This document shows, one piece after another, positions 35,363-45,474 of a stretch of DNA of 64,000 nucleotides. Position 1 is the first letter of the stretch; every line of letters begins with the position of its first letter. Origin of the DNA: an uncultured Actinomycetes bacterium (lineage in GTDB: Bacteria; Actinomycetota; Thermoleophilia; Gaiellales; JAICJC01). The stretch spans positions 251,807 to 315,806 of the forward strand of contig CAVPSM010000011.1 of assembly GCA_963708365.1 (NCBI GenBank), read 5' to 3'. The notes beneath the pieces are model-generated. The model did not search any database and was not told the origin of the DNA. It saw nothing but the letters and a program-made list of their open reading frames with translations. Made by a program: the position numbers and the translations under genes.

Positions 35363-35495
35363 GGTCGACCGCCTCTCCGTCAGGCCGCACGCCCGAACGC
35401 ACACGACCCAGGCGGCTGGGGGCCGGCCCGGGTCGTAACGTGGATCGCTGAGCGCCGCAACGAGCTTTCAAAGTTGGGCGCAGTCTACCAGCGGG

Positions 35496-36463
35496 TCAGG
35501 ACGCAGCCCGCGTTCCCGCCGGCCTGATCTCCTGCACCTCGACCATGCCCGCGAAGCGGGCCACGTCGCGGGATCGAACACCCCGGCGCCCACCGTCTGC
35601 GAGTTGGCCGCGCCGCAGCGAGCGCCCGCCGCAGGCACTCCTCGAGCGGCAGCTCGGCCGCCTGCGCGGCGACGAACCCGGCCAGGAGCGCCTCGCCCGA
35701 GCCGACCGACGAGACCGCCTCGACCTGCGGGATCCAGGCCCGGTACATCTGCGCGCGGCCGCGGCCGGTGCGGAGCAGCGCGTAGCAGCCGGTGCGCAGC
35801 GTGATCAGCACGCTCGCCGCCCCCATCGACGCGATCTCGGAGAGCGCGTCCTGGAAGTCCTCGTCGGTCTGGAACTCGTGCCCGACGAGCGACTCCGCCT
35901 CGCGCTGCTCGGTCGACACGAGGCCGGGCTGGGCGACGAGCGCCTTGCGCAGCGGCTCGCCGTCGCAGTCGATCACCGTGCGCACCTTGCGCCGGGTCAT
36001 GTCGGAGATCATCCCGGCGTAGAGCTCGGTCGGCACGCTGCGCGGCAGGCTGCCCGCGAGCACGACCGTCGAGACGGCGCCGCGACAGGTACTGCAGCTT
36101 CTCGCGCAGCATGGCGAGCTCGTCCTCGCCCACCTCGGGGCCGTACTCGTAGATCTCGGTCTGGACGCCGCTCGTCGGGTCGACGACCACCGTCGACGTC
36201 CGCGACTCGCCGCGGATGCGGACGAAGTCGTTCAGGATCCCCTCCTCGGTCATCCCGTCGAGGATGTGGCTGCCGGTGCGGCCGCCGGCGAGGCCGGTCG
36301 CGATCACGGGCTCGCCGAGCCGTTTCAGCGCGCGGGCGACGTTCACGCCCTTACCTCCGGGAATCACGATGCCCTGCTGGGCGCGGTGCCGGTGGCCCAG
36401 CTGGAGGTTCGGGACGGTGAGCGTCTTGTCGACCGCGGCGTTCGCGGTCACGGTGAGGATCAT
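35496..36463 (-). CDS. 1-phosphofructokinase-family hexose kinase (PfkB); several frameshifts
   Basis: MILTVTANAAVD, GGKGVNVARAL, AGSLPR and VGSGEALLAG motifs over several frames. Confidence 0.8.
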
Positions 36464-36533
36464 CTTCGTGCCCCCCTCATCGGCGTCGCCGATTGTATAG
36501 CCCCTGGCGCCAAGAAACTGTAAACTTGCAGGG

Positions 36534-36860
36534 ATGTTCCGTACTCGCACCCGCACGATCGTGACCTTCGCGGTGGTGCTCGAGGGTGCGATCGCCGGCT
36601 GGGCGGTCGGCGCGGGGTGGCTCGGATTGCTGGCGATGATCGCCGCCGTCACGATCGCCGACACGGCCTGGGGGTCTCCCGGCGCGGCGTTCGCCGACGT
36701 GGCCGGGCTCGAGGTGGCCGTCGCGCTCGCGATCATGATCGCGGCCGGCGCACCGGGCACGATGACCGCGCTGACCGCGGCGGCGTGTGCGGCCTGGGTC
36801 ATCCGCGACGGCCGGGCTGCATCCCCGGCGGCGACGCGCCGCGCACCAGAAGGGGTCTGA
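36534..36860 (+). CDS. Small hypothetical membrane protein
   Basis: Hydrophobic 108-aa ORF divergent from pfkB. Confidence 0.55.
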   Translation: MFRTRTRTIVTFAVVLEGAIAGWAVGAGWLGLLAMIAAVTIADTAWGSPGAAFADVAGLEVAVALAIMIAAGAPGTMTALTAAACAAWVIRDGRAASPAATRRAPEGV

Positions 36861-36873
36861 CCCCGCCCGGTGC
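36842..36873. repeat. REP-like palindrome, copy 2
   Basis: Core GGGGTCTGACCCC at 36852-36864 with CGCACC/GGTGCG outer arms. Confidence 0.7.
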
Positions 36874-36874
36874 G

Positions 36875-37659
36875 TCAGCCGCGAGCGGCGAGGGCGACCA
36901 CCTCGTCGTGCAGGGGCGGGCCGCACGTGGTGAGGCAGGAGCGGTTGTCGGCGATCGGCGAGCCGTCGATCTGTGTGATCGCGCCGCCGGCCTCGCGGAC
37001 GATCACCTCGACCGCGGTCGTGTCCCAGGTGTGGACGATCGGGTCGACCATCACCTGGGCGGCTCCGCGGGCCACCAGCATGTGCCCCAGAAGTCGCCCA
37101 GCCCACGTACCCGCCACGCCGACTCGGACAGAGGCGATAGAACGGCTCGAAGCCGTGCTCCTGGGCCGAGCGCAGCCGCCCGAGACGACCATCGCCTCGT
37201 CGAGCGGGGTCGCCCGGACGCCGATCGGCTCGCCGTTCATGCGCGCGCCGCCGCCGGTCGTCGCCTCGTAGGTCTCCCCCACACCGGGCGCATGGCAGAC
37301 GCCGACCACGACCGCGCCGTCCACGACCAGCCCCACCAGGGTCGCCCACAGCGGGATGCCGACCATGTAGCTGTGGGTGCCGTCGATCGGGTCGACGACC
37401 ACGTCGGCGCGCCCGGCACGGGCTCGCCGCCACCGGCAGCGTGCAGGCCGTCCTCCTCGCCGAGCATGTTGTGGCAGGGGCGGGCCTCCGCCAGCCGAGC
37501 CCGGATGGCCTGCTCGGCGGCGACGTCGGCCTCGGTCACCCACGTGCCGTCGCCCTTGCGCGTCGCTGGCGGGTGGTGCATGTAGCGGTCGTGGGCGATG
37601 CCGCCGCCGAGCAGCGCCAGCTCGCGCGCCAGCTCGAGGTCGGCGGTGTGATCGCTCAC
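36875..37659 (-). CDS. Inositol monophosphatase family protein (HisN-like); frameshifted
   Basis: KGDGTWVTEAD, LGEE, VDPIDGT and WDTTA motifs over two or three frames. Confidence 0.78.
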
Positions 37660-38534
37660 ACCGTGAGCACGGATCGGCGCAGCTCCGACGCGGCGGCGCG
37701 GATGCTCTGGCGCCAGTCGCCCCCACGGTCGCGCCAGGCATAGATGACCGAGCGCGACGGCGCGATCAGCCCGCCGGCGGGATGGGTCGACGTGGCGGCG
37801 TGGAGCACGTCGGGACGTCCACCCTGCGCCCCGATCCCCGGCAGGAGCAGGATCGCGTGCGGCATCAGCTCGCGGGCGCGCGCGACGGCCTCGGGCTGCG
37901 TGGCGCCGACGACCGCGCCGACGGCCGATAGGCCGCTCTCGCCGACGTGATCGTCGCCCCAGCGGGCGACCAGCGACGCCATCCGCTCCCAGACGAGCTC
38001 ACCGCCGGCGAGCTCCGCCTCCTGCATGTCGGCGCCGCCGGGGTTGGATGTCCGCGTGAGGATGAAGAGCCCCGAGCCCTCGCCGCACGTCGCCAGGAAG
38101 GGCGCGAGCGAGTCGCCGCCCATGTACGCGTTCAGGGTGATCGCGTCGCCGGCGGGCGGGGCGCCGTCGCGGCGATGGAGCCATGCCTCGGCGTAGGCCT
38201 CGGCCGTCGAGGAGATGTCGCCCCGCTTGGCGTCGACGATCACGAGCAGGCCCGCGTCGCGCGCGTGGGCGCAGACCCGCTCGAGCGCCGAGATGCCGAC
38301 GCCGCCGAGCGCCTCGAAGAACGCCACCTGCGGCTTCACCGCAACCGCCTCGTCGGCGACGGCGTCGACCACGCCGCTGCAGAAACGCTCGTACGCGCGG
38401 GCGCGACCGGACGCGCCGGGGTGCAGGCCGGTGATGACCTCGGGGGGCAGCAGGTCGATCCGGGGATCGAGCCCGACGCAGAGGCAGCTCTGCTTGCGCT
38501 CCACCGCCTCGGCGACGCGATCTCCGAAGTTCAT
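37656..38534 (-). CDS. pyrF: Orotidine-5'-phosphate decarboxylase
   Basis: LCVGLDP, KPQVAFFE, DAKRGDI, RTSNPG, GAVVGAT and PGIGAQGG motifs. Confidence 0.95.
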   Translation of the reverse strand: MNFGDRVAEAVERKQSCLCVGLDPRIDLLPPEVITGLHPGASGRARAYERFCSGVVDAVADEAVAVKPQVAFFEALGGVGISALERVCAHARDAGLLVIVDAKRGDISSTAEAYAEAWLHRRDGAPPAGDAITLNAYMGGDSLAPFLATCGEGSGLFILTRTSNPGGADMQEAELAGGELVWERMASLVARWGDDHVGESGLSAVGAVVGATQPEAVARARELMPHAILLLPGIGAQGGRPDVLHAATSTHPAGGLIAPSRSVIYAWRDRGGDWRQSIRAAASELRRSVLTV

Positions 38535-40432
38535 CTCCGCAAGGGTACCGTCCGCCGCAGCCGGACGAGGCGCGCCGTCGCCTCGGACACCGTGGCCCGG
38601 TCGATCGCCACCGCCCGCAGCGACGGCGAGGGCCGCGCGAGCGCCGCCGCCACCACCCGGGCCTGGTCTGCCTGCGCCGGTGAGAAGGCGGTCGGCGGGC
38701 TGCGCAGGCCGTGGGCGAGCGCGGCGACGAGGGCGTCTGCCTCGAGGCGGCCGTCGCCCGCGCGCGGCAATCGCCGCCGCGCAACCACCCGGCCGCCGGC
38801 GCACGCGAACGACTGCACGAAGCGCTCGTCGACGTCGGGCGCGAGCACGATCCCGCTGCGCCCCGACGACCGGCGCAGCCGGGCGAGCGCGCGCCGCCCA
38901 CGGTCGAGGGCCGCCAGCTGGTCGCGCGCGGCCGCGGCCTGCTCGTAGCGGCGCTCGGCGCTCAGCTTGCCCATCCGCGAGCGTACCCGTTCCTGCGGCC
39001 CCTCCCGGTCGTCGCCGTCGAGCCACGTCCGGGCCGCAGCGAGCGCGTCGGCGTAGGCATCGACGGCCGGCCCGCCCCGGCACGGCGCCCGGCACGTGCC
39101 GATGATCCCGGCCAGGCAGGAGCCGTCGTCGACGGGCAGGGCCGGCCGGCACACCCGCAGCCCGAAGGTCTCGCGCATCGCCGCCGCGACGGCCTCGGCC
39201 TGCCTCCGGGAACGCAGTGGGCCGGCGGTGACGTCGCCGGGCCCGCCCGGCTTGGCCGACACCCGCACTCGCGGCACAGCCTCGCCCAGCGTCAGCACGA
39301 GATAGGAGGCCTTGTCGGGGTCGGCCCCGCGCGTGTTCGCCGGCGGCCGCAGCCGCTCGATCAGCTCGAGCTCGAGCAGCGCGGCCTCGAACTCCGAGCC
39401 GAGCGGGCGGGTCTCGACCCGCGCCGCCGCCTCGACCGCGCGCTCGACCTGCGCCCGCAGCGCCCGCCCCGTGAAGTACGACCGCACCCGGGCGCGCAGG
39501 TCGGTTGCCTTGCCCACGTAGAGGACGCGCTCGGTAGCGTCGCGGAAGAGGTAGACGCCCGGCCCGGTCGGCACGCCGGACGCGAGCGCGCGGCGGCCGG
39601 AGGCCCGTCGCTGCGCCGGCGCGCACAGGCCGATCACCTCGCCGACCGTCGCCGCGCCGCGCTCCTGGGCGAGCCCGAGCAGCCGCAGCAGCACCTCGGC
39701 GGTCGCCTCGGCGTCGGGCAGCGCACGGTGGCAAGGGCGTACCTCGGTGTCGAAGCGTTCGGCCAGCGTCGCCAGCGCCATCCGCGGCAGCCGGTCGCCG
39801 ATCACGCGCCGAGCCAGCGCGACCGTGTCGATGACGGGCGCCGCCAGACGCCCGCCGCGCAGCCGGCGCAGCTCGGCGTCGACGAAGCCGACGTCGAAGC
39901 GCGCGTTGTGCGCGACAAGCACCGCCCCGGCGCTGAAGCGCAGAAACTCGGCCATGACGCTCTCGATGCGGGGGCGCCCGCGCACGTGCGCCGGGGAGAT
40001 CCCGGTCAGCGCGGTGATCGCCGGCGGAATCGGGACGCAGGGATCGACCAGGCGCTGGAGCCGGCCGACCGGCTCGAGGCCCGACAGCCGCACCGCCCCC
40101 ACCTCGACGATGCGCGACTCGCCGGGCCGGGTGCCGGTCGTCTCGAGGTCGAAGACGACGTAGTCGGCCTGCTCGAGCGGCGCATCGAGCAGCGAGCCCG
40201 ACACGTCCTCCCAGTCGGCCAGGACGACCTCGTCGCCGGAGCGCCACGCGAAGCGGGCGTCGGCCTTGATGACCTCGTCGACGAGCTGGCGCATGAGCGC
40301 CGCGGGGGCGCTGCGCAGGGCGAAGAGACAGGTGGCCGCATCGGACATCGACAGCGGCCGCCCGGCCTCGGAGAGACGGGCATGCAGGCGGTCACCGCCG
40401 TCGAGAGTGAGCTGGGCGCCGTTGGCTCGCAT
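38531..40432 (-). CDS. DEDD (DnaQ-like) exonuclease fused to a UvrC-like GIY-YIG nuclease
   Basis: VVFDLETTG, AHNARFD and HRALPDA exonuclease motifs; GPGVYLF..LYVGKA..LRARVRSYF GIY-YIG motif; UVR-like RYEQAAAARD. Confidence 0.9.
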   Translation of the reverse strand: MRANGAQLTLDGGDRLHARLSEAGRPLSMSDAATCLFALRSAPAALMRQLVDEVIKADARFAWRSGDEVVLADWEDVSGSLLDAPLEQADYVVFDLETTGTRPGESRIVEVGAVRLSGLEPVGRLQRLVDPCVPIPPAITALTGISPAHVRGRPRIESVMAEFLRFSAGAVLVAHNARFDVGFVDAELRRLRGGRLAAPVIDTVALARRVIGDRLPRMALATLAERFDTEVRPCHRALPDAEATAEVLLRLLGLAQERGAATVGEVIGLCAPAQRRASGRRALASGVPTGPGVYLFRDATERVLYVGKATDLRARVRSYFTGRALRAQVERAVEAAARVETRPLGSEFEAALLELELIERLRPPANTRGADPDKASYLVLTLGEAVPRVRVSAKPGGPGDVTAGPLRSRRQAEAVAAAMRETFGLRVCRPALPVDDGSCLAGIIGTCRAPCRGGPAVDAYADALAAARTWLDGDDREGPQERVRSRMGKLSAERRYEQAAAARDQLAALDRGRRALARLRRSSGRSGIVLAPDVDERFVQSFACAGGRVVARRRLPRAGDGRLEADALVAALAHGLRSPPTAFSPAQADQARVVAAALARPSPSLRAVAIDRATVSEATARLVRLRRTVPLRR

Positions 40433-40433
40433 A

Positions 40434-40447
40434 CGAACACATGTTCG
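40434..40447. promoter_or_regulatory. LexA (SOS) box, Gram-positive type
   Basis: CGAAC-ACAT-GTTCG, a perfect GAAC-N4-GTTC, 1 nt from the ATG of the DEDD/GIY-YIG gene. Confidence 0.85.
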
Positions 40448-40574
40448 CATACCCGACGGACGGCTGGACCCTCGCGTTGTTAAGGATCTCCGTCAGCTTC
40501 CGCTTGCGCGGCGGCGCCTCAAGAACGAGCGCCGGGCCGCCCGCGACGCAGCGGGCGGCCCGGCGGGCAGGTTC

Positions 40575-40854
40575 CTACTGCTTGACGGCAGCCTTCAGCT
40601 GGCTGCCGGCGGAGAACTTCGGCACCTTGCTGGCCGGGATGGTGACTTTCTGACCCGGGTTGCGCGGGTTCACACCGGTGCGCGCCTTGCGTGCCTGCAC
40701 GCTGAACTTCCCAAAGCCGGTGAAGGTGACATCGTCGCCCTTCTTCAGGGCGTCCTTCACGGATTCGAGCACCGCGTCGAGCGCCGTGCCGGCGTCCTTC
40801 TTGGACAGACCGGGACCTGGTCGCCACGGCGTCGATAAAGTCGCTCTTGGTCAC
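40575..40854 (-). CDS. hup: HU family DNA-binding protein; one extra base near 40813
   Basis: MTKSDFIDAVA...GLSKKDA...GFGKF...RKARTGVNP...PKFSAGSQLK. Confidence 0.9.
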
Positions 40855-40947
40855 GTGTCCTCCTGGGTCGTTTATCCGGGAACCTGTGAAGCGGCCACAC
40901 CCTATCACCGCGGTCGGACGGCCACAATCGCCCTACCGGAGCCAGTT

Positions 40948-41505
40948 TTAGGCTGTCTGAGGGGTGGGCGTGAGCCCGAGCGATTCGACCGTGAAGAGGG
41001 CGGTGTATGGCACCCCTTCTGCGGCGATCGCGGCGGCGCCCCCCTCCTGGCGGTCAACCACCGAAATTGCAGCACAAACGTCGAGATTTTCGGCTCGCAG
41101 AGCCGCAACTGCGGACAGCAGCGCACCGCCCGACGTGACCACATCCTCGATCACGCAGACGGCCGTCCCTGCCGCCCAGACGCCCTCAAGACGGTTGCCC
41201 GTCCCGTACTCCTTCGTATCCTTGCGCACAATTATGAAGGGCAGGCCGGCCTCGATCGACGTCGCCGCCGCGAGTGGCACCGCGCCGAGCTCGGGGCCGG
41301 CCAGGAGGGCCGCCTGGGGCGCGTGTGCGCGCACCATCCCGGCCAGTTCGCGGCCCAGCCCGGCGAGCAGCTCCGGTTCGGTCTCGAAGCGGTACTTGTC
41401 GAGGTAGTAGCGGCTGCGGCGGCCCGAGCGGAGGACGAAGTCACCCTCGAGGTATGCCCGCTCCACAAGCCGGCGGCCGAGCTCGGCCCGGCCGGAAGAC
41501 GTCAC
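40948..41505 (-). CDS. pyrE: Orotate phosphoribosyltransferase
   Basis: GDFVLRSGRRSRYYLDK, VRKDTKEYGT and IEDVVTSGG motifs. Confidence 0.92.
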   Translation of the reverse strand: MTSSGRAELGRRLVERAYLEGDFVLRSGRRSRYYLDKYRFETEPELLAGLGRELAGMVRAHAPQAALLAGPELGAVPLAAATSIEAGLPFIIVRKDTKEYGTGNRLEGVWAAGTAVCVIEDVVTSGGALLSAVAALRAENLDVCAAISVVDRQEGGAAAIAAEGVPYTALFTVESLGLTPTPQTA

Positions 41506-41708
41506 CCGGCCTCCGCCAGCAGGTCGCGCGCGATCGGGAGCAGGCGGTCGGCGTCGGGGGCACCCGTCGCCAGCGACAGCATCGAGCCGTCGTCGAAGTA
41601 GAGGTCGACGCGGGTGCGATTACGGGCGCTCCGGCGGCGGTAGAAGATCGTGCCCGCGAAGGAGCCGGCGCCGATCAGGGCGCCGATGATGATGCGGCGC
41701 TTAGGCAT
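41502..41708 (-). CDS. Small membrane-anchored hypothetical protein
   Basis: TM segment then RVDLYFDDGSML; overlaps both neighbouring genes. Confidence 0.6.
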   Translation of the reverse strand: MPKRRIIIGALIGAGSFAGTIFYRRRSARNRTRVDLYFDDGSMLSLATGAPDADRLLPIARDLLAEAG

Positions 41709-42090
41709 CGCCGCTTTCTCCCGCCTCGGCCGGCGCGGCCGCAGCCCCGTCGTCGTCGAGCTGGCGCAGCAGCGTCTTTAGGTCGTAAAAGACGAGCCCG
41801 ACCGTCGGGTCGGCGCCCGTCGTCGCGACCGCCATCCGCTCGCCGTCGAGCGCCACGAACACGCTCCCGTCGGGCGTCGCCGCCTGGAGCTGGGAGAGCG
41901 CGTCGCGGCCCAGATCGCCGCGGACGCTGTCGGCCCCCGCGACCAGGTCGCGGGCCAGGCTCCCGAGACGATCGGCCCGCTCGCCCTCGACCGTGGAGGC
42001 CGTCACCGACCCGTCCCGGCCGGCCACCATGATCACCTCGATCTGGGTAGACAGGCTCCGAAGCTCGTCGATCGCGGCGGCTGCGTCCAT
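41701..42090 (-). CDS. Roadblock/LC7-like domain protein
   Basis: AIDELRSLSTQIEVIMVAGRDG...GLVFYDLKTLL pattern. Confidence 0.65.
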   Translation of the reverse strand: MDAAAAIDELRSLSTQIEVIMVAGRDGSVTASTVEGERADRLGSLARDLVAGADSVRGDLGRDALSQLQAATPDGSVFVALDGERMAVATTGADPTVGLVFYDLKTLLRQLDDDGAAAAPAEAGESGDA

Positions 42091-42149
42091 CGGGTTGAAC
42101 CTAGCACATGCCGATATTCTCACCGCCGATGGCGGCAAACACTCCCAAG

Positions 42150-42998
42150 ATGGTGCTCCACCCGCTGCGAACCGCGGCGCGGCTCGGGCATCCCGTGATC
42201 TCGAAGTACCTGCGCGACCGCGGTCCGCACCTGGCCGCGATGGTCGCCTACTACGCCCTGCTCTCGCTGGTGCCGTTCCTGTTTCTGACGGCGTCGCTGC
42301 TCGGGTTCGCAGGGCACGTCTCCCCCAACTCGTACCTGATCCGCGAGCTGACCCACATCCTCCCCGGCCAGTCCGCGCGCGACCTGCTCCGCACCGTCCA
42401 GGCCATCCAGCGCGACGCGGGAACGCTGGGAGTGATCGGCGTGTTCGGCCTCGTCTGGGGCACGCTCGGGTTCTACTCGGCGCTCGAGTCGGCGCTGAAC
42501 ATCGTGTTCGGCGTGCAGAACCGCACGTTCCTGCACCAGAAGTGGGTCACGTTCGTGCTCGTGACCATCTCGCTGCTGGTGCTCTTCACCTCGCTGATCG
42601 TGACGACGGCGGCGACGGGCTGGTACCACCGCCATGCGCCCCACCTCATCGACCTGAAGCTGATCCCGTTCGTCGCCACCCTGGCCGCGACGACGGTCGG
42701 CATCTTCCTGTTCCTGACCGCCGTCTACAAGTACCTGACCAACGTCGACCTGCACCTCGCCGACGTGTGGCCGGGGGCGCTCGTCGGGACAGTCCTCTTC
42801 CAGGCGCTCTTCTCGGGCCTCTCGCTCTACCTGCGCTTCTCCGACCAACTGCTCACCCTGCGCGCCTTCGGCGGGCTGGTGCTGCTGCTGGTGTGGCTCT
42901 ACCTGATGGCGAACATCATCGTCCTCGGCGCCGAGATCAACTGGTGGCACTGGTCGCGCCGCCAGCCGACCGAGCCGGAGCTGGAAGGGCTCGCGTGA
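42150..42998 (+). CDS. YihY/virulence factor BrkB family membrane protein
   Basis: AAMVAYYALLSLVP, VWPGALV and WLYLMANIIVLGAEIN motifs. Confidence 0.88.
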   Translation: MVLHPLRTAARLGHPVISKYLRDRGPHLAAMVAYYALLSLVPFLFLTASLLGFAGHVSPNSYLIRELTHILPGQSARDLLRTVQAIQRDAGTLGVIGVFGLVWGTLGFYSALESALNIVFGVQNRTFLHQKWVTFVLVTISLLVLFTSLIVTTAATGWYHRHAPHLIDLKLIPFVATLAATTVGIFLFLTAVYKYLTNVDLHLADVWPGALVGTVLFQALFSGLSLYLRFSDQLLTLRAFGGLVLLLVWLYLMANIIVLGAEINWWHWSRRQPTEPELEGLA

Positions 42999-43327
42999 AC
43001 GCGCCGGACCCCGTCGATGCGCAGCTCGCCGCGTACAACGCGGGCGATGCGGATGCGTTCGCCGCCTGCTATGCAGACGACGTCGTGATCGAGGACGCCG
43101 GCCGCCACGTGCTCGCGCGTGGCCGCGCACAGGTGCTGGAGCAGTACACGCGGTTCTTCGCAGCTTCGCCCGACGTGCACGCGGAGATCGTGACCCGGAT
43201 CCGGATCGGTGCGCACGTGATCGACGAGGAGCGGGTCACGGGCGCGGGCGACGAGCCGATGCATGCCGTGGCGATCTACCACGTCGTGGACAGGCTGATC
43301 GACCGCGTGCAGTTCCTGAGGCCATAG
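42995..43327 (+). CDS. SnoaL/NTF2-like domain protein
   Basis: QLAAYNAGDADAFAACYADDV and VIDEERV motifs. Confidence 0.85.
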   Translation: MNAPDPVDAQLAAYNAGDADAFAACYADDVVIEDAGRHVLARGRAQVLEQYTRFFAASPDVHAEIVTRIRIGAHVIDEERVTGAGDEPMHAVAIYHVVDRLIDRVQFLRP

Positions 43328-43332
43328 GAGTC

Positions 43333-43964
43333 GTGTCGGCCGCGCTCGGCGACGTCGACCCGGCGGCGCGGCTGCTCGCCCGGGCGTTCTTCGCCGACCC
43401 GCTTGCGGCATACGTCTTCCCCGACGAGACGACGCGGTCTGGACGCGCTCGGCGCACTCGTTCGCGTGGCGTGTGCGCTACGGGCGGTCGTACGGGCACG
43501 CGTCGCGGCCGGCGGCGAACCTGAGCGCCGTGGCGCTGATCCTTCCGCCCGACCCCGAGCACTACTCCGCCGCCCGGCTCTCCGACTCCGGCTACGAGGG
43601 CGTAGCCGCGGCGCTCGGCCGCGCCGAGGCACACCGGATCGCCACGACGGCCGCGGCGGTGGTCGGGTACTGCGAAGGTGCCGCCGAGCAGGCCGGCGAG
43701 GCGACCGACTGGCAGCTCCACCTGATCGGAATGGATCCCGAGGCGCAGCACACCGGGGTCGGCGGCAGGCTGATGGCGGCGATCAACCGCCGTGCCGATG
43801 ATGCCGGAGCCGGCATGCGCCTGCTCACGTTCCTCGAGGCCAACCTCGGCTTCTACGCGAGACACGGCTACGCGGTTGTGGTGAACGGCCGCGAGCCCGG
43901 CTCTGGTCTGGACTTCTGGGTGCTACGACGTCAGGCCCGCGTCCACAACGCGCCCGAGCTGTAG
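43333..43964 (+). CDS. GNAT acetyltransferase; frameshifted near 43440-43475
   Basis: LARAFFADP, WQLHLIGMDPEAQHTGVG and NLGFYARHGY motifs. Confidence 0.72.
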
Positions 43965-44701
43965 CGGCGCAGGCCGATCCGGAAGGTCGTCACCGCCGCG
44001 AGCGCGAAGAACGCCGCCGCGCCGACCGCTGCGAGCGCGACCGGCCACTGGAAGCTCGACACGAGGCTTGTCGGCAGCCCGGTCACGAACGCTGCTGGCA
44101 CCGCGGTGAAGAGGAACAGCTTCGTCAGGCCGCCGAAGACGTCGATCGGGTACGAGGCGAAGATCAGGATCGCCTGGAAGCCGAGGTCGGCCTGCTCGCC
44201 GCGGCCGCCGGCGAACAGCGTCACCGATCCCAGCGCGACCAGGAACCCGACCAGCACCACGGTGCCGCAGAGCGCGCCGAAGACGAAGATCAGCGCCCGC
44301 TCCGGCGTTGGGTCGCCGGCGACGACGAACAGCACGGGCCCGAAGGCGAGGTCGCCGAGGAGCGCCGTGTCGACCCGCCGCGTCAGCAGGTAGGCGAGCG
44401 GGTTCGTCGGCAGCGCCAGCGCGGCGTCGAGCGAGCCGCCCGCGATCAGCTCGCCCAGCCGGCGCGAATTCGCGAGCAGGCCGAGCCCCGTCCCGCTGAC
44501 GGTCGTCAGGATGGCGAAGAGCAGCAGCACCTTGTGGGTGTCCCAGCCCTTCAGCGAGCCGACCTTGCGGAAGAAGAGGACCCAGAAGATCACCCAGGCG
44601 ACGTCGTTCGCGGCCATGATCCCGATCTGGAACCAGAACCCGCGCCGGTTCGACCACGCCTCCAGGAACGCGGTGCGCATCGTGGCGAGCGCGACGGTCA
44701 T
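43931..44701 (-). CDS. ABC-2 family transporter permease (DUF990-type)
   Basis: GWDTH, GGSLDAALALPTNPL, YPIDVF and GLRRYSS motifs. Confidence 0.85.
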   Translation of the reverse strand: MTVALATMRTAFLEAWSNRRGFWFQIGIMAANDVAWVIFWVLFFRKVGSLKGWDTHKVLLLFAILTTVSGTGLGLLANSRRLGELIAGGSLDAALALPTNPLAYLLTRRVDTALLGDLAFGPVLFVVAGDPTPERALIFVFGALCGTVVLVGFLVALGSVTLFAGGRGEQADLGFQAILIFASYPIDVFGGLTKLFLFTAVPAAFVTGLPTSLVSSFQWPVALAAVGAAAFFALAAVTTFRIGLRRYSSGALWTRA

Positions 44702-45474
44702 CCGCCCACCACCTCCAGCCGCCGCTCGCCCGCCCGGAAGACGCCGCCGGCGGCTGCCAGCAGGGCGACCAGCCACGCGGCCTGCACGAGCAGCAGCCAC
44801 GGCTCCACGTGCCCCGAGGCGAGCCGCGCCGGGGCGTACGCCATCGCGGCGAACGGGAGCGCCTTGGCCACGTCGGCGAGGGCCGGCGGCAGGAACTCGA
44901 GCGGCAGCAGCATCCCGCCCAGCAGGAACACGAGCTTCTGGTACAGGAACCAGGTCGAGCGGGCATCGCGGAGCCAGAACGCCGCGCCCGCGAACGCGTG
45001 CTGCGCGGCCAGGTTGCAGCCGACCGCCAGCAGGCTCGCCGGCACGAAGAGGGCGATCCCGGCGGCGCTCGGCGGCGGCCCGGCGTAGAGCCACACGATC
45101 ACGCAGCCGACCGCGAGCGAGCACACGAGCCGCACGATCGCCTCGCCCAGCTCGGCCGCCAGCCGCAGGCCGACCACCGAGGCCGGCCGCAGCATCTCGG
45201 TCACGATCGCGCCGGAGGAGATGTCCCAGCCGATCGTCTCGATCATGCGCGGCTTGGTCGCGATCACCGCGCCCTCGGCCGCCGCGACGTACCAGAGCAG
45301 CGAGTGGGCGGTGTAGCCCGCGATCGAGCCGCCGTTTGCCCGCGTCGCCGCCGACCAGAGCGCCGAGAAGATGACCAGGATGAGCGCGTAGAAGGTCACG
45401 CGCACGGCCAGCTCGCCCGGCTGGCGCATCGTCCGCCGGGCCGACAGCTCCACCTGGGCAAGGAGGGCGCTCAC
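44698..45474 (-). CDS. ABC-2 family transporter permease
   Basis: DISSGAIVTEMLRP, GGMLLPLEFLP and LEVVGG motifs. Confidence 0.85.
   Translation of the reverse strand: MSALLAQVELSARRTMRQPGELAVRVTFYALILVIFSALWSAATRANGGSIAGYTAHSLLWYVAAAEGAVIATKPRMIETIGWDISSGAIVTEMLRPASVVGLRLAAELGEAIVRLVCSLAVGCVIVWLYAGPPPSAAGIALFVPASLLAVGCNLAAQHAFAGAAFWLRDARSTWFLYQKLVFLLGGMLLPLEFLPPALADVAKALPFAAMAYAPARLASGHVEPWLLLVQAAWLVALLAAAGGVFRAGERRLEVVGG

Noticed and set aside
35380-35440. ZTP riboswitch suggested by GCCGCCTGGG
   Set aside because: The 5' GACTGGCG element needed for the pseudoknot is absent.
36477-36495. GCCGAT palindrome as a sigma-28 promoter between pfkB and the small membrane gene
   Set aside because: No matching -35 at 15-16 bp, and a TATACAAT sigma-70-like -10 explains pfkB.
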